Shown here in pieces: positions 24,734 through 32,181 of a stretch of DNA of 32,181 nt (position 1 is its first letter; the number at the start of each line of letters is the position of its first letter). The stretch comes from a virus. Its lineage: Duplodnaviria; Caudoviricetes. Location of the stretch: the IMG/VR virus record IMGVR_UViG_3300017763_000098, positions 1 through 32,181 of that record; one strand, 5' to 3'. A program made the position numbers and the translations under genes. The notes below the pieces were generated by a model. The model was not told the DNA's origin. It saw only the letters and a program-made list of their open reading frames with translations, and did not search any database.

Positions 24734-26397
24734 TAGCTAAAAGCCCGTCCAAAACTCCCACCTCTACGCTTGCTGTCAACAACAGCTGCTTTCGCACTTT
24801 CTGCGATTTGAGGTAACATTGTTTTTATTTCGTTTCTGACCGTCTGTTGTACGCCAGTAGTGACGTTAATGGTTTGATTGATTGTCACCCCATCGCCACC
24901 GCTTATCGCGCTCTGTGCTTGCCCAACAGACAGCACACGCCCAGCTGTTGACGGTACAAAGATTTCTCTGCCATGCTCACCGACTACAGACGGTTGACCA
25001 GCTTGCAGATAATTACCACCAGCTGAAGCAGTTGTAGGAACGCTAGCACTGAAATTAGGTACTGGTGTTCCTATCCCTAGAAAACTCATTGTAGCATTTA
25101 CTAAGCGCTGTACTACTAAGATCCTGTATAGCTCTCTTATGATTGCTTGGGCTGAAGATTTCAAAGTATCTTTAAAACTTTTTGATCCTTCAATTGCGCT
25201 CATAAAAACATCTTCAAAAGCAGATTCTAAAGTAGAGGCCATAGAGTCTAGATCTTCTAGAGTTTTGTTCATTATCTTTAATTCAGCGGTAGCTTTCTTA
25301 ACGTCTTTTGGATCTATTGGTGAAAAGCCTGTACCTTTGCTATTTCTTGCTTTTTCCATTTTCATAATTAATTGTGTTCGCGCTTCTTCTTGGTCAAGCA
25401 ATTTCATTCTTTCATCTTGAACACCAGCAAGCTTTATTTCCGCGACAACTAGATTATCTATCATAATTTGCTTTTTCTTATTGAAATTTTCTTCAGTATC
25501 AAAAGCAGCTTTTTTAAATTTCTCAATCGCCTGACGTTTTTTTAAAACTTTTTCCTCTAACTTAATTTGTTGTTCGTACAGTGAATCCATTCTTGCTTTG
25601 TCAGTCATTTGAAAAATAGCGTCAAAAGCTTCTAGCGCTGTCAAAGCAAACTTTGAAAACTGCTTACCCATAGCGTCCAGAATTTCATCCATGCGCCTAC
25701 GCATTTCAACTCCAGCTAATACTGTATCATTAGATAATACTAGCCCAAGCTCTCTAGCTCTTTCTGACATTTCACCCATTGCTTTGGCGTTATCTTGAAA
25801 CAACGGAACAAGTAATGTTGCATCACTAGCAAGCGCTTCCATAAAGAATGTCATTTCTTGCTGGTTTACGTTTGCATCTTCTAAAGCTTTTACATAGAGC
25901 GCTAGACCTTCATCCGAACTTAGCCCCTTAAAAGCGTCAGCAGTCAGCCCAACTTTAGGAGCGATCTGCTCAAAGAAGTCTACAGCGCCACCACCGCCAG
26001 TTTGGAAAAAGTCAGCAAACTTGTCGTTTGTGTCTTTAAGTATGTCTGCAAGTTTCTCCTGAGAAACGCCAAAGTTTGCAGCTGCAAAAGACATTTCTTG
26101 AAAGCGCTCAACACTCACACCAGCAAGAGTTGAAAGATTAGTAATCTCTTTTGAAGCTTGTGTGGCGTTATCAATCATTCTTTGAAAGCCAACACTGATA
26201 GCACCAACCGATAACAAGCCGCCAAGCTTACCAGCAGAGATACTAAGCTTATCCATAGCTTTAGTTGTTTGGTTTAAATTAGTCTTAGACTTATGTGCAA
26301 ATCTTTGGATCTTTTTATTTGCACGATCCATAGCCTTATTAAATTCACGATCTTTTGCAGAAAGTATAATGTTTAATTCTTCTGCACTAATCGCCAT
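24733..26397 (-). CDS. Tail tape measure protein (554 aa)
   Basis: Helical A/L/K-rich; follows the tail chaperones; C-terminal VGEHGREIFVP...G motif. Confidence 0.9.
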   Translation of the reverse strand: MAISAEELNIILSAKDREFNKAMDRANKKIQRFAHKSKTNLNQTTKAMDKLSISAGKLGGLLSVGAISVGFQRMIDNATQASKEITNLSTLAGVSVERFQEMSFAAANFGVSQEKLADILKDTNDKFADFFQTGGGGAVDFFEQIAPKVGLTADAFKGLSSDEGLALYVKALEDANVNQQEMTFFMEALASDATLLVPLFQDNAKAMGEMSERARELGLVLSNDTVLAGVEMRRRMDEILDAMGKQFSKFALTALEAFDAIFQMTDKARMDSLYEQQIKLEEKVLKKRQAIEKFKKAAFDTEENFNKKKQIMIDNLVVAEIKLAGVQDERMKLLDQEEARTQLIMKMEKARNSKGTGFSPIDPKDVKKATAELKIMNKTLEDLDSMASTLESAFEDVFMSAIEGSKSFKDTLKSSAQAIIRELYRILVVQRLVNATMSFLGIGTPVPNFSASVPTTASAGGNYLQAGQPSVVGEHGREIFVPSTAGRVLSVGQAQSAISGGDGVTINQTINVTTGVQQTVRNEIKTMLPQIAESAKAAVVDSKRRGGSFGRAFS

Positions 26398-26618
26398 TTA
26401 TCCGTACTTCCTTGCTAGTTCTTTTGCCTCTTCTAGAGAAGGTGCATTTTTGCCAGCCCTGTTTGGGCTATGCGCTTTTTGCCAACCATCGAAAACAATA
26501 AAAACATCTTTTGGGATCATGTTCCTAATTTCGTCAGGCTTTAATCCAGCTACTATTCCGTTTGCTATTATTTTACGGACTTCAAGCCTTGTTTGCTTTT
26601 GCGTGTAACTTTTTTTTT
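26398..26618 (-). CDS. Tail assembly chaperone GT extension, reached by -1 programmed frameshift
   Basis: A9 run (T9 at 26610-26618 on +) in gene G; -1 frame open: KSYTQKQTRLEVRKIIANGIVAGLKPDEIRNMIPKDVFIVFDGWQKAH...ARKYG*, stop abutting the TMP ATG. Confidence 0.8.
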
Positions 26619-26957
26619 AGGCTCTGAGGCAAATGCGTCAGGCATAAACGCAATACCTAAAACAGCCTGAGCAATTTGGTAGAGCCGCAAATAATCAGCT
26701 GGGGAGCAATCTTCAATTATTGCATCAGCTTCTTGATCTTTTAAACCACCACCAACTAAGCCTAATGCTAAAAGATCTTTTATTTCTGTTGAAGTTGGTT
26801 TGCTACTGCGCTCAAAAAAGCTATCCCAAAATTCAAAAACGCCTCTATGCTTATCCTCAAATCTTTCGATCTCTTTAATTCTCAGAACAAACGTGTAGCT
26901 AATGCCGCCAAGCTCCTCAACTAAACCCCCTCTAGGGGCTTCAGCGGTAATAGCCAT
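26568..26957 (-). CDS. Tail assembly chaperone G (GTA-like)
   Basis: Between tail tube and TMP; LGLVGGG motif; ends just after the slippery PKKK. Confidence 0.82.
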   Translation of the reverse strand: MAITAEAPRGGLVEELGGISYTFVLRIKEIERFEDKHRGVFEFWDSFFERSSKPTSTEIKDLLALGLVGGGLKDQEADAIIEDCSPADYLRLYQIAQAVLGIAFMPDAFASEPKKKVTRKSKQGLKSVK

Positions 26958-27382
26958 TATGCAGCAGTAAACGTTACAGCACCGTTACTTTCAAGACTTG
27001 TTGAGAACGTAACTCCACCTTCTGTTTCTCCACCAAACTCCAAAGACGTTACTCTAAAGTTCCCAGCATATGTTCCGAAATCTGGTATAAGAATTTGACA
27101 ATTCATTGCTGGATCAGATTGCATTGCTACAGTGTTTAATCTAGCCTCAGCTGTCTCATCTAGAAAAACTCCATCAGCAGATAAGCTTACAGACTTCAGC
27201 CCGTTTAAGCTGCTTGCAAACAAAGCACCAGCTGGCGAACTTGCGTCAGGGGTTGTTACATCAATTGCACTGTTATTGATTGTAATTGTCTTAGAGTTTA
27301 GTCCAGCTAAAGAAGTAAAAACTTCTGAGCCGCCACCGTCACCGACTTTCAATAATAGTGCTCTACCTAGTTGTTTAGCCAT
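26957..27382 (-). CDS. Major tail tube protein (TP901-1/GTA family)
   Basis: Q.GR.LLLKVGDG...F...AGL......N...ID.T...G.KS....GVF.D...IPDFG...G.F..TSLE..G......F...LESNG.VTF; SD AAGGAG. Confidence 0.92.
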   Translation of the reverse strand: MAKQLGRALLLKVGDGGGSEVFTSLAGLNSKTITINNSAIDVTTPDASSPAGALFASSLNGLKSVSLSADGVFLDETAEARLNTVAMQSDPAMNCQILIPDFGTYAGNFRVTSLEFGGETEGGVTFSTSLESNGAVTFTAA

Positions 27383-27397
27383 AGTGAAAACTCCTTA

Positions 27398-27811
27398 TCA
27401 GGCTGTTTGAATATTTGCGTTAAAAAGAATTGAGCCTTTATGCCCTCTATCATCAGTATTCTTTTCAACCATGTAATTTTCGCAACGTAGATCTATAAGA
27501 TGAAAACCCGTCAGACTTACGTTTGTTTCTTGTCGATGAAGCGCTGTCCGGACAGCTTCTAAAATTCTAGTAGCTTCTACACGTCCAGTTGTTTGACTAA
27601 ATGCCTCAATAAATAATGTTACCTCCGCTCCAATACTTCCGTCTGTATCGTCAGCGCGTGGAACAATGCCGCCAAACCTTATAAACGGATAGGTGACGGG
27701 GGTAGGGGCTTCATCATAAATTCTATCAGATACAAGAGCAGTTGTAGAACTATCAGCTGCTAACCTTGTCCTTACCGCCTTTTGTAATTCCAATGCAAAA
27801 CCATTACTCAT
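27398..27811 (-). CDS. Tail terminator/completion protein (DUF3168-like)
   Basis: LQKAV..RL......ALV..RIYD..P....PFI..G...G..EA..I...V..ALH. Confidence 0.85.
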   Translation of the reverse strand: MSNGFALELQKAVRTRLAADSSTTALVSDRIYDEAPTPVTYPFIRFGGIVPRADDTDGSIGAEVTLFIEAFSQTTGRVEATRILEAVRTALHRQETNVSLTGFHLIDLRCENYMVEKNTDDRGHKGSILFNANIQTA

Positions 27812-28242
27812 TTTAAACCGTTTTCTTTTGCAGCTTTGTTAATTGCACGTTTAATTTTCCGAATATGTTTTTTACCCAGCAGCAACCAAGTTGTCCTAAT
27901 AAAACTATGTGGTTCAGTTTTACCTGTAGCCTTAAACTTTCCTGTTAATCTTGGCTGTCTAGTACGACTTGTGTATTGCCTACCAAACTCTACAGATAAC
28001 GCTTTTATTTGATCTTTGGCTGTTGCTGGTGCAGCTTCCACAGATCCGACAAAACTATTTTTTCTAAATTCAAACTTTGCATGTATGCCTTGCCTTAGTG
28101 CTCCAGTATCACTTGGGGCAAAAGCTCTTGCTTTTGCAACACCGTCCAACGTTGAACTACGTACTGCATCGCCTATTAATTTTCGTTGCCGCCTTGGATA
28201 TTTTTTAATATTTGCTGAAAGTTTTTCAAACTCAACCTTCAA
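27808..28242 (-). CDS. HK97 gp10-like neck/tail component
   Basis: AP.DTGALR..I, VEFG, P..FIR; basic; canonical position. Confidence 0.8.
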   Translation of the reverse strand: MKVEFEKLSANIKKYPRRQRKLIGDAVRSSTLDGVAKARAFAPSDTGALRQGIHAKFEFRKNSFVGSVEAAPATAKDQIKALSVEFGRQYTSRTRQPRLTGKFKATGKTEPHSFIRTTWLLLGKKHIRKIKRAINKAAKENGLK

Positions 28243-28577
28243 GCCGCCACGCCTTTTTCCAAAACAAACAATGTAATGTCATTTTTAGCAGTTGGGCTTG
28301 TTATAGACTTTATCGCCCAAGTTGTATTTCTAGCAATCACACGATCTGACAAGGTAATTGTGTTTACTGTGCTGTCTGTCCTGACGCGCATATTTGCTTT
28401 TGCTACATCTTCAAATGCGCCTGTTTCATCGTTCATAGTACCAGAGCGCTCTACAATCTCAGCAAAACGGCTGATAAGATCTGACCAGCTGTCTTGTGTT
28501 ACATTGCCAAAGTCATCAGCAGTTGCTGACATTCTTTGAAACCTGACACGATCTCTGAACAGTCCAGACCTAGCCAA
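28239..28577 (-). CDS. Head closure (stopper) protein, SPP1 gp16-like
   Basis: G..R.RV.FQ.....DDFG.....W.....A.I....G.E pattern; canonical position. Confidence 0.85.
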   Translation of the reverse strand: MARSGLFRDRVRFQRMSATADDFGNVTQDSWSDLISRFAEIVERSGTMNDETGAFEDVAKANMRVRTDSTVNTITLSDRVIARNTTWAIKSITSPTAKNDITLFVLEKGVAA

Positions 28578-29169
28578 CCCACGAACTCCGTTCCATTGCT
28601 ATTAGCTGCTCAACGCCAAAAGGTAGAGTTTTGGATATTGTTCCTATAAGTTCGTTTTCACGATTTTCATAATAGTTAGCGACTAGCATTTTTATGGCAT
28701 GACGCACCGTGTCAGGCACACTTGCTGCTGTGTCACCATAACCAACAACATAGGTTATCTTTATAGCATCATCGCGCTTAAAGGTTACAGGCCAAGAATA
28801 CCCAGATTTAGGGTATATTGTCTTGTAGCCTTTTGTACCGATTATATAATAATTTGACAGCGTGTCAGTTTGCAAAACGTTGTTTACGTCATAATATTCT
28901 ATAGAAGTTACAGACTGAACTGGCGTAATACTTAGGTGTACTGTGGTTGCATGAAAATCAACATACTCAGCCCAGGTCTGTGTAATCATTGCTTTACCAA
29001 GCATTCCCGTGACGTCTAAATACTTTACTGCAACATTTATCAAAGATCCAATAACTTCATCATCGTCACTATGCTCAATACGCATATGACGTTTACACTC
29101 AGCAATAGTCACGGGATCGACTGTCGGAGCAGTAACTAACTCTAATCTATGTTGCAGAGGTAAATTCAT
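28570..29169 (-). CDS. Head-tail connector (HK97 gp6/GTA-like adaptor)
   Basis: P...PVT..E.K.H.RI....DD..I..LI..A...ITQTW...VP..V.HAI.MLVA.YYENRE. Confidence 0.9.
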   Translation of the reverse strand: MNLPLQHRLELVTAPTVDPVTIAECKRHMRIEHSDDDEVIGSLINVAVKYLDVTGMLGKAMITQTWAEYVDFHATTVHLSITPVQSVTSIEYYDVNNVLQTDTLSNYYIIGTKGYKTIYPKSGYSWPVTFKRDDAIKITYVVGYGDTAASVPDTVRHAIKMLVANYYENRENELIGTISKTLPFGVEQLIAMERSSWVG

Positions 29170-29171
29170 TG

Positions 29172-29366
29172 TTACTCTTTCACAGCTGTCTTTTTCTCAA
29201 CAACTTGCTTTGTTGCCTTTTCTACTTTCTTCTCTTCAACAATTTCAGCTATGCCGCGCTCAACGTATCTTTGCAGAGCGTCAGGGTCATTAATTTCGAC
29301 AATATCACCAACGCTATTACTGAAACCAATACCAGCCATACTTTGAAGTAATCTTACTTTTGCCAT
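29172..29366 (-). CDS. Small conserved post-capsid protein (64 aa)
   Basis: KV.LL..MAG......GD.VE.....A.RY...GIAE plus K/E tail; SD AAGGA. Confidence 0.75.
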   Translation of the reverse strand: MAKVRLLQSMAGIGFSNSVGDIVEINDPDALQRYVERGIAEIVEEKKVEKATKQVVEKKTAVKE

Positions 29367-29379
29367 GTTTATATTCCTT

Positions 29380-29410
29380 AAAAAAAGTGAGGGGGTTGTT
29401 TCCCCCTCAC
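29380..29410 (-). terminator. Rho-independent terminator after the major capsid gene
   Basis: Minus strand GTGAGGGGG-AAACAA-CCCCCTCAC followed by T7; perfect 9-bp stem. Confidence 0.9.
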
Positions 29411-29418
29411 ACTGCCAT

Positions 29419-30660
29419 TTAAGCTTGGGTTAGCGCTTTGATTGCGCCCGTGTCTGACAAGCAACCGTCAAAACGGATATAACCTAAGACCCCAACATCA
29501 GGAGCAAAACGCTCTCTAAGCACTGTTATAGATGGAGCGCCTATCTTACGAACGTAGAAACTGCTCATGTCACCAAACAAGACTGACTTGTTACCAGTAG
29601 CGATAGATGCCATGTCCTGGTTGACCATTACCGGATAGCCTAAAACTGTTTGAGGCATGTCAGCAGCATAACCGCCAATCTCCCACAAATATCTATTTTG
29701 ACTGTCTTTCAGTTTCCGAACAGCTGATAGTGTGCTGTCATTCATCATCATAGCAACATTACCGCCTTTTCGATATGCTGGATCTACTGAGTGAACCAAG
29801 TCAATCAATTCATCAGCTGCAATTGCTGTCGCTGAGGCTGCTGTTATTCCAGCGCCAGCATTGGTTGCAATTCCTTCAACATCACTAGAACCTGATCCAG
29901 TTGTAAGTTTTGCGTTAGCAATACGGGCTAATCTGATTCCCAACAGTCTACCTAAGAGGCTTTCCATGTTAAGCACTGAGTCCTGCTGCATCTCGTGAGA
30001 GAAACGGATAAATTCAGTATTGAAGCCAAAAGCGTTAATCTGCTTCTGACCAAAAGTTACATCTTTTCCACCGTCATCAGTTGGCGCAACGCCCTCAGTA
30101 TGAGCTTCAGCAGTTACCGTTGTGTCATCAACAGTTGGGATTTTAAAAGGCTCACCACTTGTTGTATTAATAGTTGTGAACATGGTTGAGGTGTACATTT
30201 CACCGTGAGCTTTCATTGTCTCGATGATGACGTTTGAAAGGGTTTCTGGAACAGTAAAACCGCCTGACGTATTAGTGCCAGTTACTTGCACACGTTTTTC
30301 TATCAGTGCTTGCCTAGCTTCTGGTGAAACGTCAGCTAGACCACCTTTAGAAACGTACTCCATGAACGCAGCGCGATATTCCATAGTCTCGCCTTGATCT
30401 GTAGCTGGAGCAGTACGCCCTTCTACTTCTGGAAGCTTTGACGTGTCAGGTGCTTCTATTGCGGCCTGAGCTTTATTAAGTCTTTCCTCACGATCAGCGC
30501 GTGCCGCTAGCTTGTCGTGATCTTCCATCATAGCGTCAAACTCACGCTCAATTTCAGCTGCTCTTTCTTCAACCACATCATCGGTGATTTCTTCTAGTTT
30601 CTTACGCGCTTCTGTGGCAATGTTCGCCATTTTATCACGCAAAGTTTTTATCTCAGACAT
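29419..30660 (-). CDS. Major capsid protein, HK97 family, with N-terminal delta (scaffold) domain
   Basis: Coiled-coil N-terminus, GGFTVP, TTGSGS, MNDST...RKLKD...YLW, LGYPV..N.DM, LFGD, R.DG; start 30660 has an AAGGA SD (track start 30675). Confidence 0.96.
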   Translation of the reverse strand: MSEIKTLRDKMANIATEARKKLEEITDDVVEERAAEIEREFDAMMEDHDKLAARADREERLNKAQAAIEAPDTSKLPEVEGRTAPATDQGETMEYRAAFMEYVSKGGLADVSPEARQALIEKRVQVTGTNTSGGFTVPETLSNVIIETMKAHGEMYTSTMFTTINTTSGEPFKIPTVDDTTVTAEAHTEGVAPTDDGGKDVTFGQKQINAFGFNTEFIRFSHEMQQDSVLNMESLLGRLLGIRLARIANAKLTTGSGSSDVEGIATNAGAGITAASATAIAADELIDLVHSVDPAYRKGGNVAMMMNDSTLSAVRKLKDSQNRYLWEIGGYAADMPQTVLGYPVMVNQDMASIATGNKSVLFGDMSSFYVRKIGAPSITVLRERFAPDVGVLGYIRFDGCLSDTGAIKALTQA

Positions 30661-30671
30661 ATGAGATCCTT

Positions 30672-31898
30672 TCATTTAGGGAGAAATTTTGCTTTCATCT
30701 TTAAGCGCCTTATGACGCTGTGATGTCTGCGTTTTGCGTGTCGCGCTTTTCGGTACTCCTCCAACGCATCAATTCCACTTCTAAGACCTATAGAAGTTGA
30801 CTCATACGCTGGGGTTGTAACAATGCTTACATCGTGCAAATCAGCCCTAGTAATGGTGCGAGTAGGCATTTCACCTTCATCGTTCCATTCTTGCTGTGTT
30901 GGTACGAAAGCAAACGACATTTTGTCCAGATCACCCCGTTTCATCTTAGGGAGTATTGACCGAACGTCGGGATCTGAGGGATCTAGATTAGCTCTTATTT
31001 TAAGACCTCTTTCATCCTCAGATAATTCTAGCGTACCGGAACGGGTACGCGCTAATGGCAAACCAGTGTGATTGATTAGAAAAACAACATCATCACGATC
31101 TACAGCCTCAGTAAATGCACCACGCGCTATCTGCTCTTGCCACTTACCAGCTATTACCGTTGGGCTGTCAAAGACCGCTGCATAACCCTCAACTGCTACA
31201 GTACCGTCTTCAGCCTCTCTCACCTCTAAGCTAGGTGCTGGACGCGACTCCCTGTATTTGTTTTTATCTTTTTTCTTTTTCTTGCCGTTCATACTTTCCT
31301 CAACATCCTCATCGTTTAATCTTTCAGCTACGACTGTAAGTGTTGAGAATTTGTGACCGACAAGCTGACCCGTGGGGGAGTAGCCGTCATCTGCCTCACG
31401 ATACAGCATTATAAGTGCTGCTGGGTCATCTTCTGTTGCATTAAGACTAAAATCGGTATCTGGCACGTTAAGCGAACCGTCTCTGACTATGCGTCTTACT
31501 TTACCGTAAGCCCTGCCACCCGAACTATCCCAGCTGACAAAATCTCCGACTTTCACTCCATCGGGTGCTGCTCTATCTTCCATGCGTTTATCTTCCTCAC
31601 TTTTTGAGTATCTGTTAGCGAAAGCCTTTCCAGCGTCTCCACCCCATAACGCCCATGCTATACGTCCAGCTGAGGGATAGCCTTTCTCACCTTGGCTAAA
31701 ACCCTCACCCTTTTTGTCTACTTCGTGTCTTGCAAAGTAGCTTTTCATTCTCCTAATCGTGCTAAGAGAAAGATCCTTATTGTTTGCAATATCTCGCGCT
31801 CTAGCTACACCTACAGCTGTACCGCCTCTGTTAAACTCTCTACGCCAATCAAGACCGCGCCTTGCTTCCTCACGCATCCCCTGAGTAGGTTTAACCAT
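30672..31898 (-). CDS. HK97-family prohead protease with two extra N-terminal domains
   Basis: C-terminal half VEGYAAVFD...E.I.RGAF...FLINH...LART..GTL.L.ED.RGL...RGD...MSFAF...DVSIVT.PAY; ~215-aa N-terminal extension. Confidence 0.92.
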   Translation of the reverse strand: MVKPTQGMREEARRGLDWRREFNRGGTAVGVARARDIANNKDLSLSTIRRMKSYFARHEVDKKGEGFSQGEKGYPSAGRIAWALWGGDAGKAFANRYSKSEEDKRMEDRAAPDGVKVGDFVSWDSSGGRAYGKVRRIVRDGSLNVPDTDFSLNATEDDPAALIMLYREADDGYSPTGQLVGHKFSTLTVVAERLNDEDVEESMNGKKKKKDKNKYRESRPAPSLEVREAEDGTVAVEGYAAVFDSPTVIAGKWQEQIARGAFTEAVDRDDVVFLINHTGLPLARTRSGTLELSEDERGLKIRANLDPSDPDVRSILPKMKRGDLDKMSFAFVPTQQEWNDEGEMPTRTITRADLHDVSIVTTPAYESTSIGLRSGIDALEEYRKARHAKRRHHSVIRRLKMKAKFLPK

Positions 31899-32181
31899 CA
31901 AAGTTGACTGACTGTGTATTGATCGGAACTGTTGCGCCTTGGATCAGCAAATCATCACCACTGGCCTTTGCAGCTAGCCCTTCAATCTCTCTAACTTCAT
32001 TTGGCGTTTTAACAGCGTTTTGTATTGCAGCAGCGTGTGCTTCCATACGGGTTTTCAAATCACCTCTAAGCAAGCTATCTACATTGTAGCGAACCTCTAA
32101 ACTGCTCTCACGACCAAACAGCTTTAAATTCATTTCCTGTTCTGTCTGCTCAATCCAGCGCCTTAGCGTATGCTTTACAAA
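31891..32181 (-). CDS. Portal protein, HK97 family (3' fragment; 5' end beyond window)
   Basis: Frame open to the edge: FVKHTLRRWIEQTEQEMNLKLF...DSLLRGD...R......I.....TPNEVR..EGL.....GD.L. Confidence 0.92.
   Translation of the reverse strand, partial: FVKHTLRRWIEQTEQEMNLKLFGRESSLEVRYNVDSLLRGDLKTRMEAHAAAIQNAVKTPNEVREIEGLAAKASGDDLLIQGATVPINTQSVNFDG

Larger units (their letters stand above)
1..32181. mobile_element. Tailed bacteriophage (siphovirus-like, HK97 capsid, GTA-like neck/tail) genome segment
   Basis: Canonical order portal-protease-MCP-neck-tail tube-chaperones-TMP-tip-fibres-lysis plus a replication/recombination block; no host housekeeping genes in the window. Confidence 0.97.

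Noticed and set aside
1411-32089. Short antisense or alternate-frame ORFs in the track (e.g. 1411+, 1650-, 2796+, 2806-, 3018+, 4616-, 7370+, 7965+, 9824+, 10820+, 13207+, 13600-, 19272-, 20671+, 21407-, 25139+, 26369+, 27132+, 28016+, 29995+, 30823+, 31904+)
   Set aside because: They overlap well-supported genes, lack SD or coupling signals and motifs; treated as shadow ORFs
24134-32181. Host-encoded gene transfer agent cluster
   Set aside because: GTA-like structural genes are linked to their own helicase, SSB, nucleases, regulators and lysis genes with no flanking host genes, which fits a true phage
1-32181. Alternative genetic code, tRNA or structured ncRNA genes
   Set aside because: Genes are intact under the standard code with all three stop codons used; once the small ORFs are added, remaining gaps are under ~100 nt and show no tRNA-like structure

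Overview
About 32 kb of a tailed dsDNA phage with siphovirus morphogenesis: an HK97-type head and gene-transfer-agent-like neck and tail genes. A marine alphaproteobacterial host is likely, but this is inferred from gene families only. There are three blocks. (1) 1-3443, minus strand: replication/recombination genes (RepA/AAA_25-type helicase running off the left edge and missing from the ORF track, SSB, RecE-like exonuclease, Holliday junction resolvase, small RHH regulator). (2) 3540-7240, plus strand: a divergent early/regulatory operon with a serine-recombinase homologue lacking its catalytic motifs, a wHTH protein, a stand-alone LexA DNA-binding domain and small ORFs. (3) 32181-7237, minus strand: a late operon running from the portal 3' end through a tri-domain prohead protease, major capsid, neck, tail tube, frameshifted tail chaperones, short tape measure, tail tip, a second fibre/adhesin block and an extended lysis cassette ending in a GH19 endolysin. 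The standout is a 2350-aa virion protein with an N-terminal type-1 (blue) copper-like motif and four tandem predicted 7-bladed beta-propellers. Five small translationally coupled ORFs and a -1 frameshift product absent from the ORF track were found by hand. No terminase, intact integrase, CI-type repressor, tRNA, CRISPR or reverse transcriptase is seen in the window. All family calls come from motif recognition by eye, not database searches.
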